64,000 nt of DNA. Source: an uncultured Actinomycetes bacterium. GTDB taxonomy: Bacteria; Actinomycetota; Thermoleophilia; Solirubrobacterales; 70-9. Within the stretch, counting starts at the first letter, position 1. Every line of letters starts with the position of its first letter. Below the pieces are notes generated by a model, which had not been told where the DNA came from, did not search any database, and saw only the letters and a list, made by a program, of their open reading frames with translations. The translations under genes and the position numbers were made by a program. The stretch lies in NCBI GenBank assembly GCA_963782795.1, contig CAWALB010000006.1, forward strand, positions 34,808 through 98,807. The letters run 5' to 3'. This document shows, piece after piece, positions 9,734 through 20,409 of the stretch.

Positions 9734-10768
9734 ATGACCCGCACTCACGAGAACTCCCTCCGCACCTACCTCCTCACGAGGATCGCGCTGGCGGTGCCGA
9801 CGGTCCTGATCCTGCTGACGATGGTGTTCCTGCTGATGCGGGTGGCCCCGGGCAACCCGATCCAGGCCGCGCTCGGAGGCCACGTCCCCCAGGCGCAGAT
9901 CCAGGCTCGGGAGCATCGCGCGGGCTACGACCGCCCGATCCTGACCCAGTACGTGGAATACCTGAAGGACGCGTTCACCCTGAACCTCGGGGACTCGCTC
10001 ACCGATCACACCCCGGTCACCACGATCATCACCAACAACGGCGCGGCCACGCTCGAGCTCACGATCGCCGCCTTCTTCGTGGCGGTGGTGGTGGGAGTGT
10101 CGATCGGCTTGGTGGCCGGGCGATGGCGTGACACGCCGTGGGATCTGGGCGGCCGCATGTTCGGGATCGTCATCTACGCGGCGCCGGTGTTCTTCCTGGG
10201 CTTCCTCGCCCAGCTCGTGTTCGCGGATCTCCTGGGCTGGTTACCCGTCTCCGGGAGAGCGAGCCCGGAGGTCACCGCCACGCTCTCGCAGCACACCCAC
10301 CTGTTCCTGATCGACACCCTCATCGACGGCGACCTCAACGCCTTCTGGGACTGCTTCCTGCACCTGATCCTCCCGGCCGTGACCCTCGGCCTGGTGACCA
10401 GCGGCGTCCTGATCAGGCTCGTCCGGGTGAACCTGATGCAGACCATGAAGGGCGACTACGTGGAGGCCGCCCGCGCGAGGGGCGTGGGCGAGCGGCGCGT
10501 GGTGATCCATCACGCCTTCCGCAACGCCCTCGTGCCGGTGATCACCGTCGCCGGCCTGCAGCTCGCGCTGCTGCTCGGCGGAGCGATCCTCACCGAGGAG
10601 ACCTTCAACTGGCCCGGCATCGGCTTCCAGCTCGTGCGCTACCTGAATGAGCGCGACTACATCGCGGTGCAGGGGATCATCACCGTGTTCGCACTCGCGG
10701 TCGTCGCCGTGTCGGTTCTCATCGATCTTGTCAACGCGTTCATCGACCCGAGGGTGAGGTACTCGTGA
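9734..10768 (+). CDS. peptide-type ABC transporter permease (DppB-like)
   Basis: 344-aa multi-TM ORF ending [10 protein letters not shown]. Confidence 0.9.
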   Translation: MTRTHENSLRTYLLTRIALAVPTVLILLTMVFLLMRVAPGNPIQAALGGHVPQAQIQAREHRAGYDRPILTQYVEYLKDAFTLNLGDSLTDHTPVTTIITNNGAATLELTIAAFFVAVVVGVSIGLVAGRWRDTPWDLGGRMFGIVIYAAPVFFLGFLAQLVFADLLGWLPVSGRASPEVTATLSQHTHLFLIDTLIDGDLNAFWDCFLHLILPAVTLGLVTSGVLIRLVRVNLMQTMKGDYVEAARARGVGERRVVIHHAFRNALVPVITVAGLQLALLLGGAILTEETFNWPGIGFQLVRYLNERDYIAVQGIITVFALAVVAVSVLIDLVNAFIDPRVRYS

Positions 10769-11768
10769 GCTCAATCGGCGAGATCCCCGGCAGCGCCGCC
10801 CCGCAATCGCCCGAGGCTGAGATCAAGTCCGAGCGCGCGGCCGGCATCCGGCGCCTGATCGGGCAGATCAGGAGTGCCCGCGGCGTCCCCAAGTGGATCC
10901 TCTACAGCGGCATCGGAATCGTCCTGTTCTTCCTGATCCTGGCGATCTTCGCTCCCGTGATCGCGCCCTACGGCTTCGCCCAATCCTCCGCGGGCGGGGT
11001 CGACTTCCCAAAGCAGGCACCGCCGTCCGGGTCCCACCTCTTCGGCACCACGGTGCAGTCGACGGACGTGCTCTCACGGGTGATCTGGGGGGCGCGCACG
11101 GAGATCGAGGTCGTCATCTTGGCGGTCTTCTTCTCGCTCACCATCGGCGTGCCGCTCGGCCTTCTCTCCGGGTACGTCGGCGGCAAGCTCGACCGCGGCC
11201 TGGTCCTGGTGATGGACGCCCTGTTCGCCTTCCCCTACCTGCTGCTCGCGATCGTGATCGCGTTCCTGCTCTCGGACAAGCTGGGCCAGGGGATCATCAC
11301 CGCGGCGGTGGCAATCACGATCGTCTACATACCGCAGTACTTCCGGGTGGTTCGAAACCACGTGATCAGCGTTCGGGAGGAGCCATACGTCGAGGCGGCG
11401 AGGGCGCTGGGTGCCAAACGCAGGACGATCATCGGGCGCTACGTCTTTTTCAACGTGATCCAGAACGTCCCGGTCGTCGCGACCCTGAACGCCGCGGACG
11501 CGATCCTCACGCTCGCGGCGCTTGGCTTCCTTGGCTACGGCATCCAGCCGACGCAGGCGGCCGAGTGGGGCTACGACGTGCAGCGGGCGATCTCCGACGC
11601 CGGTGACGGCATCTGGTGGACCGGGCTCTTCCCGGGCCTCGCCATCGTGCTCCTAGTGACCGGCTTTACGCTGGTCGGCGAGGGGCTCAACGACATCCTC
11701 AACCCGTTGATCCGCTACCGCCGCGTGCGCAAGCCCGAGATTCCCGATGCCTCGCCGGAGGCCGAGAA

Positions 11769-11772
<4 letters not shown>
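10765..11772 (+). CDS. peptide-type ABC transporter permease (DppC-like)
   Basis: GTGA overlap with the upstream stop. 335-aa multi-TM ORF ending [11 protein letters not shown]... Confidence 0.9.
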
Positions 11773-12793
<1,021 letters not shown>

Positions 12794-12794
<1 letters not shown>

Positions 12795-14194
12795 TGGAGG
12801 CGGCGACCAGCAGCACGCCCGGCGTGGTGCCCAAGCCGGGAGACGAGACGCTCCTCGAGGTCACGGACCTGAGAACGCAGTTCGCGCTCCGCGGCAGCTT
12901 CGCGCAGCGGGTCCGGGGCCGCGGGGCCGGCTCGGTCAAGGCCGTGGACGGCGTGAGCTTCTCGCTCCGGCGCGGCGAGGTGCTCGGCGTCGTCGGCGAG
13001 TCGGGCTCAGGGAAGACGACGCTCGGGCGAACCCTGCTCGGGCTGGCCGCAGCGACCGGCGGCTCGATCAAGCTGAGGGGCGAGGAGATCACGGGCCTCA
13101 GCGAGGCCGCGTTCCGCCCGCTGCGGCGGAGGCTCCAGATCGTCTTCCAGGACCCGCACGCGTCGCTCAACCCGGCGATGACGATCGGCGATTCGGTCGG
13201 TCATCCGCTGCGAATCCACGGGATCGCCCGCGACCGCGAGCAGGTGCGAGCGCGCGTGGTCGAGGCACTCGAGCGAGTCGGACTTCACCCCGCCGAGCAG
13301 TACATGAGCAAGTACCCGACCGACCTCTCGGGCGGGCAGAAGCAGCGGGCCGTCCTGGCGCGGGCGATCATCCTCGGCCCCGACATCCTGATCGCGGACG
13401 AGCCGGTCTCCATGCTCGACATGAGCGTGCGGGCGAAGATCCTCGAGCTGATGATCGACCTCAAGCGGGAGCTCGATCTCACCTACGTCTACATCACCCA
13501 CGACCTCGCCACGGCGAAGTTCTTCTGCGACCGCATCGCGATCATGTACCTGGGGAAGATCGTCGAGATCGGCCCGGCCGCCGAGATCTACGACGACCCG
13601 AAGCATCCCTACACGGTCGCGCTGCTCCGCGCGATCCCCGAGCCCGACCCCACTCGCCCCGCCCGGCGAGACCTGCCTCGCGGCGAGGTGCCCGACGCTG
13701 TAACCCCCCCGCTCGGGTGTTCCTTCCACCCACGCTGCCCGCGCGCGTTCGAGGTGTGCGGCTGGGAGAGCCGCGATCTGCGGACCCTGCTCGAGGCGCG
13801 GTGGACGCGGATGCCCGAGCCGGAGTACCGCGCTGAACGGGAGGTGATCGGGAGCCTCGACGCGCTGGACGTCCCGGAGACGAGCGCGCGGATCGAGCCC
13901 TCCTCGGGCCATACCGCCGCAGAGGTGGCCGAGATCATCGGGCGCCTGCGGGCGGATGCCCCCGACGATCCGTTCTGGCGGGGCGTCGCGGCGATCGACG
14001 TCGAGTCCTCCGGGGTCGCGATCCGGTTCCGTGACGGCCTGGAACCTCGGGACGTGGCGCAGGGCCGATCTCGTCTTCAGTGTCACCTATATGACCCCGA
14101 GGCGCTGGACGCGGCGGAGGCTGCGCGCGCGAGCGTCCCCGATACACAACGATCGAACGATCGTCCGTCCCCCGATCGGGGGACGCAGGACTAG
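12794..14194 (+). CDS. ABC transporter ATP-binding protein (OppF-like) with a ~145-aa C-terminal extension
   Basis: ATG shares one nt with the upstream TGA. GESGSGKTT, LSGGQKQR, ILIADEPVSMLD and CSFHPRCP, then a long extra tail. Confidence 0.85.
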
Positions 14195-14335
14195 CCAATC
14201 GTGGGGTTGACCGGCACCCCAAACGCGGATATAAGGCTAGGTACAAGGCAAACGGGATGGGTATCGCCTCAGCGAGGGCGCTCGCGGCGATGGAAGGTGC
14301 CGCGCTCCCACTCCCCCACCAGATCGGGAGATCAA

Positions 14336-15961
14336 ATGGAGTTCAAGAGTCTTTCCTCGAGCCCCGCAGGGCGCCGCCGGCTGATCGGCTGTGCGTCTCT
14401 CGCGGCAGCAGCGCTTGCCGTGGCCGTCGCGCCGGGCATCGCATCGGCGCACTCGACGTTCGGCCACATCAAGAGCGCAGCGAGCGTCCGTAAGGCCGAT
14501 ATCGCCAATCGCGGGACCGTGGGTACGGCCGCCAGGCACGCCATGCAGCAGGGCTACCTGGTCCCGAATCAGTCCCGGTACGAGCGCCAGAAGGCACGCG
14601 CCGCGCGCCAGGCATCCGCCAAAGATGCTCTCACCACGCCGGTTGACGGCGCCCTCGCGCCAGCGATGACCCGCGCCTGGGCCGGGATCAACGACACCAA
14701 CTCCGCCCCGCCGGATGAGACGAGCGCTGTGGGCACGAGCCGGTACATCGAGCTCGTGAACAGCAGGTTCGCCGCCTACAACAAGACGTCCAACGCCCCG
14801 GTGGGCACCGGGACGCTCAACAGCCTCGTTGGGGCCGCGGCCACCGACAGCGTGTTCGACCCTCAGATCATGTGGGACCCGACCACGAAGCGGTTCTACT
14901 ACGCGGCGGACGACGTCGTCAACAAGACGAACAACAAGATCGCGTTCGGGTTCTCGAAGACGGCGACTCCGACCACGGCGGCCGACTGGTGCAAGTACTC
15001 CGTCGGCGCCGGCGCCACGTTCCCCGATTTCCCGAAGCTCGGCGACAGCCAGTTCTTCCTGATGATCGGGACGAACCTGTTCAACGGCAGCAATTTCGCG
15101 GGTTCGAACGTGCTCGCGGCCTCGAAGCCAAAGGCCGGTGACACGTGTGCCACCTACGGCAACACCGCGAAGCTGGACAACAAGGGGATCTCGGGCGGCT
15201 TCACGCCGAGCCCGGCGACCGAGGTCGACAACAACGCGACCGGCTGGTCGGTCGCCATCCCGCTCAGCACGCCGGGTAACAAGCTCCTGCTCTACAAGGT
15301 CACCAAGAGCAGTACCGGCGCACCCGTGATCGGCACCACTCCGACCTCGGTACCGGTGTCGAGCTTCGCGGTCCCGCCGCCGGCACCTCAGAAGGGGACG
15401 ACGTTCAGGATCGACACCTCGGACACCCGCAATACCCAGGTCCAGGCCGCGATCGACCCGGGTCACGGGAACAAGTTCGCCATCTGGACCCAGCACACCG
15501 TCAAGGGCGGAGCCGGCGCCCAGGTTCGCTGGTACGAGATCGCCCCGGCGACCCACTCGCTGGTTCAGCACGGGACTGTGACCAGCGCGTCGCTGTACGA
15601 GTTCAACGGGGCGGTCGCACCGAACCGCCAGGTCAACGGAGCCACGAAGAGCGGTGGGAACGCGATGTTGATGAATTTCAACACGACGTCGAAGACGACG
15701 TTCCCCTCGATCAAGATGGTCTCGAAGGTCGGGAGCGGCGCGCAATCGGGTCAGGTGGCCGTTCGCACCGGCGTCAAGCCGCTGACCGGATTCGACTGCA
15801 CCGCACCGGCGCCCAACCCGTGCCGGTGGGGCGACTACGCAGCGGCGACGCCGGACCCGTCGACCAAGAACCGGATCTGGAACGTGAGCCAGTACGGCGC
15901 CGGTGCAGCGACATCGACCGCCGCGACGTCCAGGACCTGGAACTTCATCGCCACGCCGTAG
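14336..15961 (+). CDS. secreted hypothetical protein (possibly beta-propeller/sialidase-fold-like)
   Basis: GGGAG SD precedes ATG 14336. Signal peptide (RRRLIGCASLAAAALAVAVAPGIASA). Coherent 541-aa protein with a CRWGDYAAATPDP motif. No family recognised with confidence. Confidence 0.6.
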   Translation: MEFKSLSSSPAGRRRLIGCASLAAAALAVAVAPGIASAHSTFGHIKSAASVRKADIANRGTVGTAARHAMQQGYLVPNQSRYERQKARAARQASAKDALTTPVDGALAPAMTRAWAGINDTNSAPPDETSAVGTSRYIELVNSRFAAYNKTSNAPVGTGTLNSLVGAAATDSVFDPQIMWDPTTKRFYYAADDVVNKTNNKIAFGFSKTATPTTAADWCKYSVGAGATFPDFPKLGDSQFFLMIGTNLFNGSNFAGSNVLAASKPKAGDTCATYGNTAKLDNKGISGGFTPSPATEVDNNATGWSVAIPLSTPGNKLLLYKVTKSSTGAPVIGTTPTSVPVSSFAVPPPAPQKGTTFRIDTSDTRNTQVQAAIDPGHGNKFAIWTQHTVKGGAGAQVRWYEIAPATHSLVQHGTVTSASLYEFNGAVAPNRQVNGATKSGGNAMLMNFNTTSKTTFPSIKMVSKVGSGAQSGQVAVRTGVKPLTGFDCTAPAPNPCRWGDYAAATPDPSTKNRIWNVSQYGAGAATSTAATSRTWNFIATP

Positions 15962-16003
15962 GCGAGCGAGTACCAGGACGCTTCGCGAGAGGTCCCGTTC
16001 CGC

Positions 16004-16216
16004 TCAGGCGGGGCGGGGCCTCTTCGCGTTGCAGTCGTCGCGCTCACCGCCCCTCCGAGTCCCGGCTCTTCCGTGCAGTGACCGGGCCCGGTCCTTGGAC
16101 GCAGCTCCCTCTGGCTCTCCGAGCGGCTTGCCGCACGACGAGCAGTGATCGAGGTCCTCCCAGCCCTCCATCGTGAAGTTCTCAGCCCCACAATGAGGAC
16201 AGTGCGTCAGCGACAT
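16004..16216 (-). CDS. small zinc-ribbon protein
   Basis: Strong SD (GGAGGAGG) 6 nt before the ATG. CPHCG...CSSCG double CxxC in the first 30 aa. The C-terminal half looks disordered. Confidence 0.45.
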   Translation of the reverse strand: MSLTHCPHCGAENFTMEGWEDLDHCSSCGKPLGEPEGAASKDRARSLHGRAGTRRGGERDDCNAKRPRPA

Positions 16217-16470
16217 GCCGTGCCTCCTCCGGAGGCGATCATTCGCCCTCCTCCGAGAGGTTCCCTCCTCCTCGCGTTCGCTAACAGATCACGGCGACCA
16301 CGCTCCCACTCCGGCCGTCGTTCGTTAACGATTGCACACATCGCACTACGGCGCAACCGAGAGTGCGCCGGTTAGGACAACGCGCTCGCAACGCACACTG
16401 GCCCGAGTACCTCCGCTGGCTTTACGAGTCGTTCACCGGGCCTCGCGCTGATGCGACAGACTGCCGGATC

Positions 16471-17997
16471 ATGAACCTCCCCCCCGACCACTCATCGAAG
16501 CTCACCCGAGGCGAGCTGTCGGACCCAGCCGAGGCGGAGCGGCTGGCGGCCGAGCACCCGGACGCCCACATGCGCCGCCGCGACTTCCTCGCACGGACCG
16601 CGGCGCTCGCCGGTTCGGCGGGACTGGCGACGCTCCTGCCGGCGGACACCCTCGTCGCGGCGGCGGCGAGCCGCCAGTCGAAGGGACTGCCCAGCCCCCG
16701 GAACATGCCGATCGACACCGTGGTCGTGCTGATGATGGAGAACCGCTCCTTCGACCACTACTTCGGCTGGTATCCGCACGCGGACGGGAAGAACACGGGT
16801 CTCTCGTACAAGGACGAAGAGGACAAGCGCGTCCCTACCCACCACCTCGGGCATAACTACCAGGGCTGCGGGTTCCGCGACCCGGACCACTCGTGGGACG
16901 GCGGGCGCTTCCAGTACCACCACGGCCACATGAGCGGCTTCGTGAAGGGGAACAAGCACGGAACCGGGAGCGACTCCTTCGCGGCCGGCTACTACCTCGA
17001 GAAGGACATTCCCTTCATCCCATACGCCGCCAAGGCGTACACGCTTTATGACCGCTGGTTCTGCTCGATCATGGACTCGACCTACCCGAACCGCCACTAC
17101 CAGTGGAGCGCCCAGGATGGCGGCACGCAGGGCAACGCTCTGCCGCCGTCGACCCCCCAGCCGGGGTACACATGGGAAACGATCTTCGACCGGGCCCTGG
17201 CGCACGGACTGACCGCCAAGTACTACGCGTCGGACCTGCCCTTCGCGGCGCTCTACGGCCAGCGTGGAGTCTCGTGGACGCACAAGGTGCAGGAGTTCTA
17301 CGCGGACGCCCAGGCCGGTCGCCTCCCCAACATCGCCTTCGTCGACCCGGCCTTCCTCGGCGAGGACCAGGGCACGTCGGGCGACGAGCATCCGCACGGC
17401 GACGTGCGGGTGGGGCAGGCGTTCATGTCCGACGTCGTGCACGCGTTCATCGAGTCGCCCCAGTACCGGCGGGGAGTGCTGTTCATCGACTACGACGAGT
17501 GGGGAGGGTTCTTCGAGCATGTCCGGCCGAGGCTCGTTCCGGACGGCCGCGAGGACCACAAGCATCTGTACAACGACTGGGGATTCACCGGATTCCGGAT
17601 CCCGGGCGTCGCCGTCTCGCCCTTCAGCCGGAAGGGCGGCGTGAACCACATGCAGGTCACGCACGAGTCGATCCTCAAGCTGATCTCGTATCGGTTCGGC
17701 CTCGGTTTCCTCAACCGCCGCCACCGGTACGCCTCCAACATCGCGCGCAGCCTCGACTTCGACCATCCGCGCTACGAGCCACCTGACCTTCCGGACGCGG
17801 CGACCGTCGTCGCGAAGCCCTGCCTGCCGGCCGCCGGGGCGCAGACCGAGCGCCCCAAGCCTCACGACATGGAGAAGCTCCAGAGCTCCGGCATACTCGA
17901 TCGACTGGGGTACAAGGTCGAACCCGCGACGATCCACACCACCTTCCGCAACCCCGACAGCGTCCACCGCGCCCTCCGCGCCTCGAAACCCGGCTGA
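16471..17997 (+). CDS. Tat-exported phosphoesterase (phospholipase C / acid phosphatase family)
   Basis: Twin-arginine signal (MRRRDFLARTAALAGSAGLATLL) and the phosphoesterase signature (VVVLMMENRSFDHYFGW). Confidence 0.8.
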   Translation: MNLPPDHSSKLTRGELSDPAEAERLAAEHPDAHMRRRDFLARTAALAGSAGLATLLPADTLVAAAASRQSKGLPSPRNMPIDTVVVLMMENRSFDHYFGWYPHADGKNTGLSYKDEEDKRVPTHHLGHNYQGCGFRDPDHSWDGGRFQYHHGHMSGFVKGNKHGTGSDSFAAGYYLEKDIPFIPYAAKAYTLYDRWFCSIMDSTYPNRHYQWSAQDGGTQGNALPPSTPQPGYTWETIFDRALAHGLTAKYYASDLPFAALYGQRGVSWTHKVQEFYADAQAGRLPNIAFVDPAFLGEDQGTSGDEHPHGDVRVGQAFMSDVVHAFIESPQYRRGVLFIDYDEWGGFFEHVRPRLVPDGREDHKHLYNDWGFTGFRIPGVAVSPFSRKGGVNHMQVTHESILKLISYRFGLGFLNRRHRYASNIARSLDFDHPRYEPPDLPDAATVVAKPCLPAAGAQTERPKPHDMEKLQSSGILDRLGYKVEPATIHTTFRNPDSVHRALRASKPG

Positions 17998-18019
17998 GAC
18001 AGCCGCGGCGCAGGTCGGG

Positions 18020-18544
18020 CTAAGCCGCGTCCTCCTCGGGCTGGTCCGCTACCTGCGACCAGGCCTCATACCCTCCGCTTCGCTCCCAGATCGAGGTCAG
18101 GCTGCCCTCGAGCTCCCGGCGCTCTTCCGGGTCGAGGCCTTGGAGCAGCTCCTCCTCCACCCCGTCCATCACCTCGGAGACCTTTTCGACGACCGCAATC
18201 CCCTTCTTCGAGACCTCGACCAGGTGGCGGCGGCGATCCTCGGGGTCGCGGCGCCTGGTCGCGTAGCCGCGCTCCTCGAGCTCGTTGAGGATGGTGACCA
18301 GGTTGGTGGGGTCGAGGTGAAGCTGGCCGCAGAGCGACTGCTGGGTCACCTGGCCGCGATCGCGAAGCTCGATCAGCGCGGCGACGTGCCGCGGACGGAC
18401 CCCGTACGGCTCGAGCGCCTGCGTAAACCGGTGCATGGTGATCCGCCCGAGCTTGATCATCAGCAGCATCGGCCATTGCTTGGCGATCCCCGGAGGAGCG
18501 CTCTGTTCGATCTGCTTGGACACGAACAGTAAGTTACCAGCCAC
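18020..18544 (-). CDS. MarR family transcriptional regulator
   Basis: Winged-HTH pattern (LGRITMHRFTQALEPYGVRPRHVAALIELRDRGQVTQQSL...RRDPEDRRRHLVEVSKKG). Divergent from the MFS gene. Confidence 0.8.
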   Translation of the reverse strand: MAGNLLFVSKQIEQSAPPGIAKQWPMLLMIKLGRITMHRFTQALEPYGVRPRHVAALIELRDRGQVTQQSLCGQLHLDPTNLVTILNELEERGYATRRRDPEDRRRHLVEVSKKGIAVVEKVSEVMDGVEEELLQGLDPEERRELEGSLTSIWERSGGYEAWSQVADQPEEDAA

Positions 18545-18550
18545 TAACCC

Positions 18551-18564
18551 TTGGTGTCAACCAA
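18551..18564. promoter_or_regulatory. short inverted repeat in the MarR/MFS divergent intergenic region (candidate operator)
   Basis: TTGGT-GTCA-ACCAA lies between the two divergent starts. Confidence 0.25.
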
Positions 18565-18587
18565 TGATTTGCTAAGGTCACTCGATC

Positions 18588-20036
18588 TTGCCGCGAGCCG
18601 CGACGCCAAGCACCCGGATGATCCTCGCCGTTCTGTCCCTCGGAGGGATCTCCTACGCGCTCCTGCAATCGCTGGTCGTCCCCGCGCTGCCGGAGATCCA
18701 GGCCTCCCTCCACACCTCGGAGAGCGCCGTCGCCTGGGTGCTCACCGCGTTCCTGCTGAGCGCGTCGGTCTTCACTCCGATCATCGGCCGGCTCGGCGAC
18801 ATGTACGGCAAGGAGCGCCTGCTCTTGATCGTCCTCGTGGCGCTCGCGGTTGGAACGCTCATCTCCGCGGTGGCCACCTCCCTATGGCTGATGCTCCTCG
18901 GCCGCGTCATCCAGGGCGCCGGCGGCGGGATCTTCCCGCTCGCCTTCTCGATCATCCGCGACGAGTTCCCCAACCGGCGGGTGCCGGGCGCGATCGGCCT
19001 GGTCTCGTCCCTGCTCGGCATCGGCGGCGGCGCGGGCGTCGTCTTCGCCGGCATCGTCACCCAGAACCTCTCCTACCACTGGCTCTTCTGGTTCCCGCTC
19101 GTGATGATCTCGGCCACGGCGTTCCTCACCTGGCGGTACATCCCCGAGTCGCCGGTCAAGACGCCGGGCCACATCAACTACCGGGCGGCCGCGCTCATGA
19201 CGCTCGGCATCTCGGCCGTCCTGCTCGCGATCACCGAGACCAGCACCTGGGGCTGGGGCTCGCCGAAGACGCTCGGGCTGCTGGCCGTCGGCACGCTCGT
19301 GATCCTCGCCTGGATTCGCGCCGAGCTCCGCTCCCGCGAGCCGCTCGTCGACATGCGGATGATGGCGATCCGCGGCGTCTGGACGACCAACACGGTCGCG
19401 TTCCTGATCGGGGTCGGCATGTACTCCTCGTTCATCCTCCTGCCGGAGTTCGTCCAGGAGCCGACCAGCACCGGCTACGGCTTCGGCGCCTCCGTAACCG
19501 TCGCCGGGCTGTTCCTGCTGCCTGCGACGATCGCGATCGTCATCGTCGGCCAGATGGCGGGGATCCTCGAGCGCCGCATCGGCTCGCGGGGGTCGCTGAT
19601 CGGCGGCACCCTGTTCAGCCTCGCCTGCTACGCGCTTCTCGTCACCAACTCGGGCTCCGAGTTGGACATCTACATCGCCGCGGGCCTGCTCGGCATCGGC
19701 ATCGGCCTCTCGTTCTCCGCGATGGCGAACCTCATCGTCCAGAACGTAGGGCAGGACCAGACGGGCGTCGCCACGGGCATGAACGCCGTCACACGGACGC
19801 TCGGCGGCGCCTTCGGCGGTCAGCTCGCGGCAACGCTCCTCGCGAACAACCTCGGAGCCGGCGGCGACCCGACGTCGACCGGCTTCACGCTGGCGTTCCT
19901 GATGTGCCTGATCGCGCTCGTCGCCGCACTGGGATTCGCGCTCTTGGTGCCGCGCCGCAGCGCCAACGACCTCGCCGAGGACGCGGGGCCACTCGCGTCC
20001 CGGTCGGCACGCGAGCCCGAGCGCTCTGCGGCGTGA
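18588..20036 (+). CDS. MFS drug-efflux transporter (EmrB/QacA-like, DHA2-size)
   Basis: 482 aa, many TM segments, GRLGDMYGKERL motif. Paired with a MarR gene. Confidence 0.85.
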   Translation: MPRAATPSTRMILAVLSLGGISYALLQSLVVPALPEIQASLHTSESAVAWVLTAFLLSASVFTPIIGRLGDMYGKERLLLIVLVALAVGTLISAVATSLWLMLLGRVIQGAGGGIFPLAFSIIRDEFPNRRVPGAIGLVSSLLGIGGGAGVVFAGIVTQNLSYHWLFWFPLVMISATAFLTWRYIPESPVKTPGHINYRAAALMTLGISAVLLAITETSTWGWGSPKTLGLLAVGTLVILAWIRAELRSREPLVDMRMMAIRGVWTTNTVAFLIGVGMYSSFILLPEFVQEPTSTGYGFGASVTVAGLFLLPATIAIVIVGQMAGILERRIGSRGSLIGGTLFSLACYALLVTNSGSELDIYIAAGLLGIGIGLSFSAMANLIVQNVGQDQTGVATGMNAVTRTLGGAFGGQLAATLLANNLGAGGDPTSTGFTLAFLMCLIALVAALGFALLVPRRSANDLAEDAGPLASRSAREPERSAA

Positions 20037-20042
20037 AAGCGC

Positions 20043-20330
20043 CTAGCTGGCGCTCCGCTCGATCTTGACCTCGCACTTGTCGATCGACGCCCGGGTGCCG
20101 GGGGTCTCGGAGGCGTCCATCTGCTGGAACACGGCGTCCGCATCAAGCATCTGCTGCTCGGTCTCGAAGAACGCGACGAAGACCGCCGTTCCCTGGTCCG
20201 AGTCGTAGAACAGCTTCATCGCGCTCGAATCCACTCCGGGCGGGGGGCCGTCGGACTCATCCACGCGACTGACCACCGCGTCGATCTGCTCGGGGGTGAC
20301 GTCCGTGAACCTGACCACACGTGCATGCAT
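20043..20330 (-). CDS. small hypothetical protein (95 aa)
   Basis: Protein-like ORF (MHARVVRFTDVTPEQIDAVV...). No family assigned. Confidence 0.5.
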   Translation of the reverse strand: MHARVVRFTDVTPEQIDAVVSRVDESDGPPPGVDSSAMKLFYDSDQGTAVFVAFFETEQQMLDADAVFQQMDASETPGTRASIDKCEVKIERSAS

Positions 20331-20409
20331 AGAAACTCTCCTCGGTAGCTTGAGCCGATCCTAACCCGGCCCAGCCGTGCGCGATGTCAAAAAGATGAGA
20401 GCGCAGGCC

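Noticed and set aside
16431-16437. A GTTCACC heptamer 34 nt upstream of the phosphoesterase start as a PhoP PHO box.
   Set aside because: There is only one core copy, and the flanking 11-nt units do not repeat it. Actinobacterial PHO boxes need at least two direct repeats.
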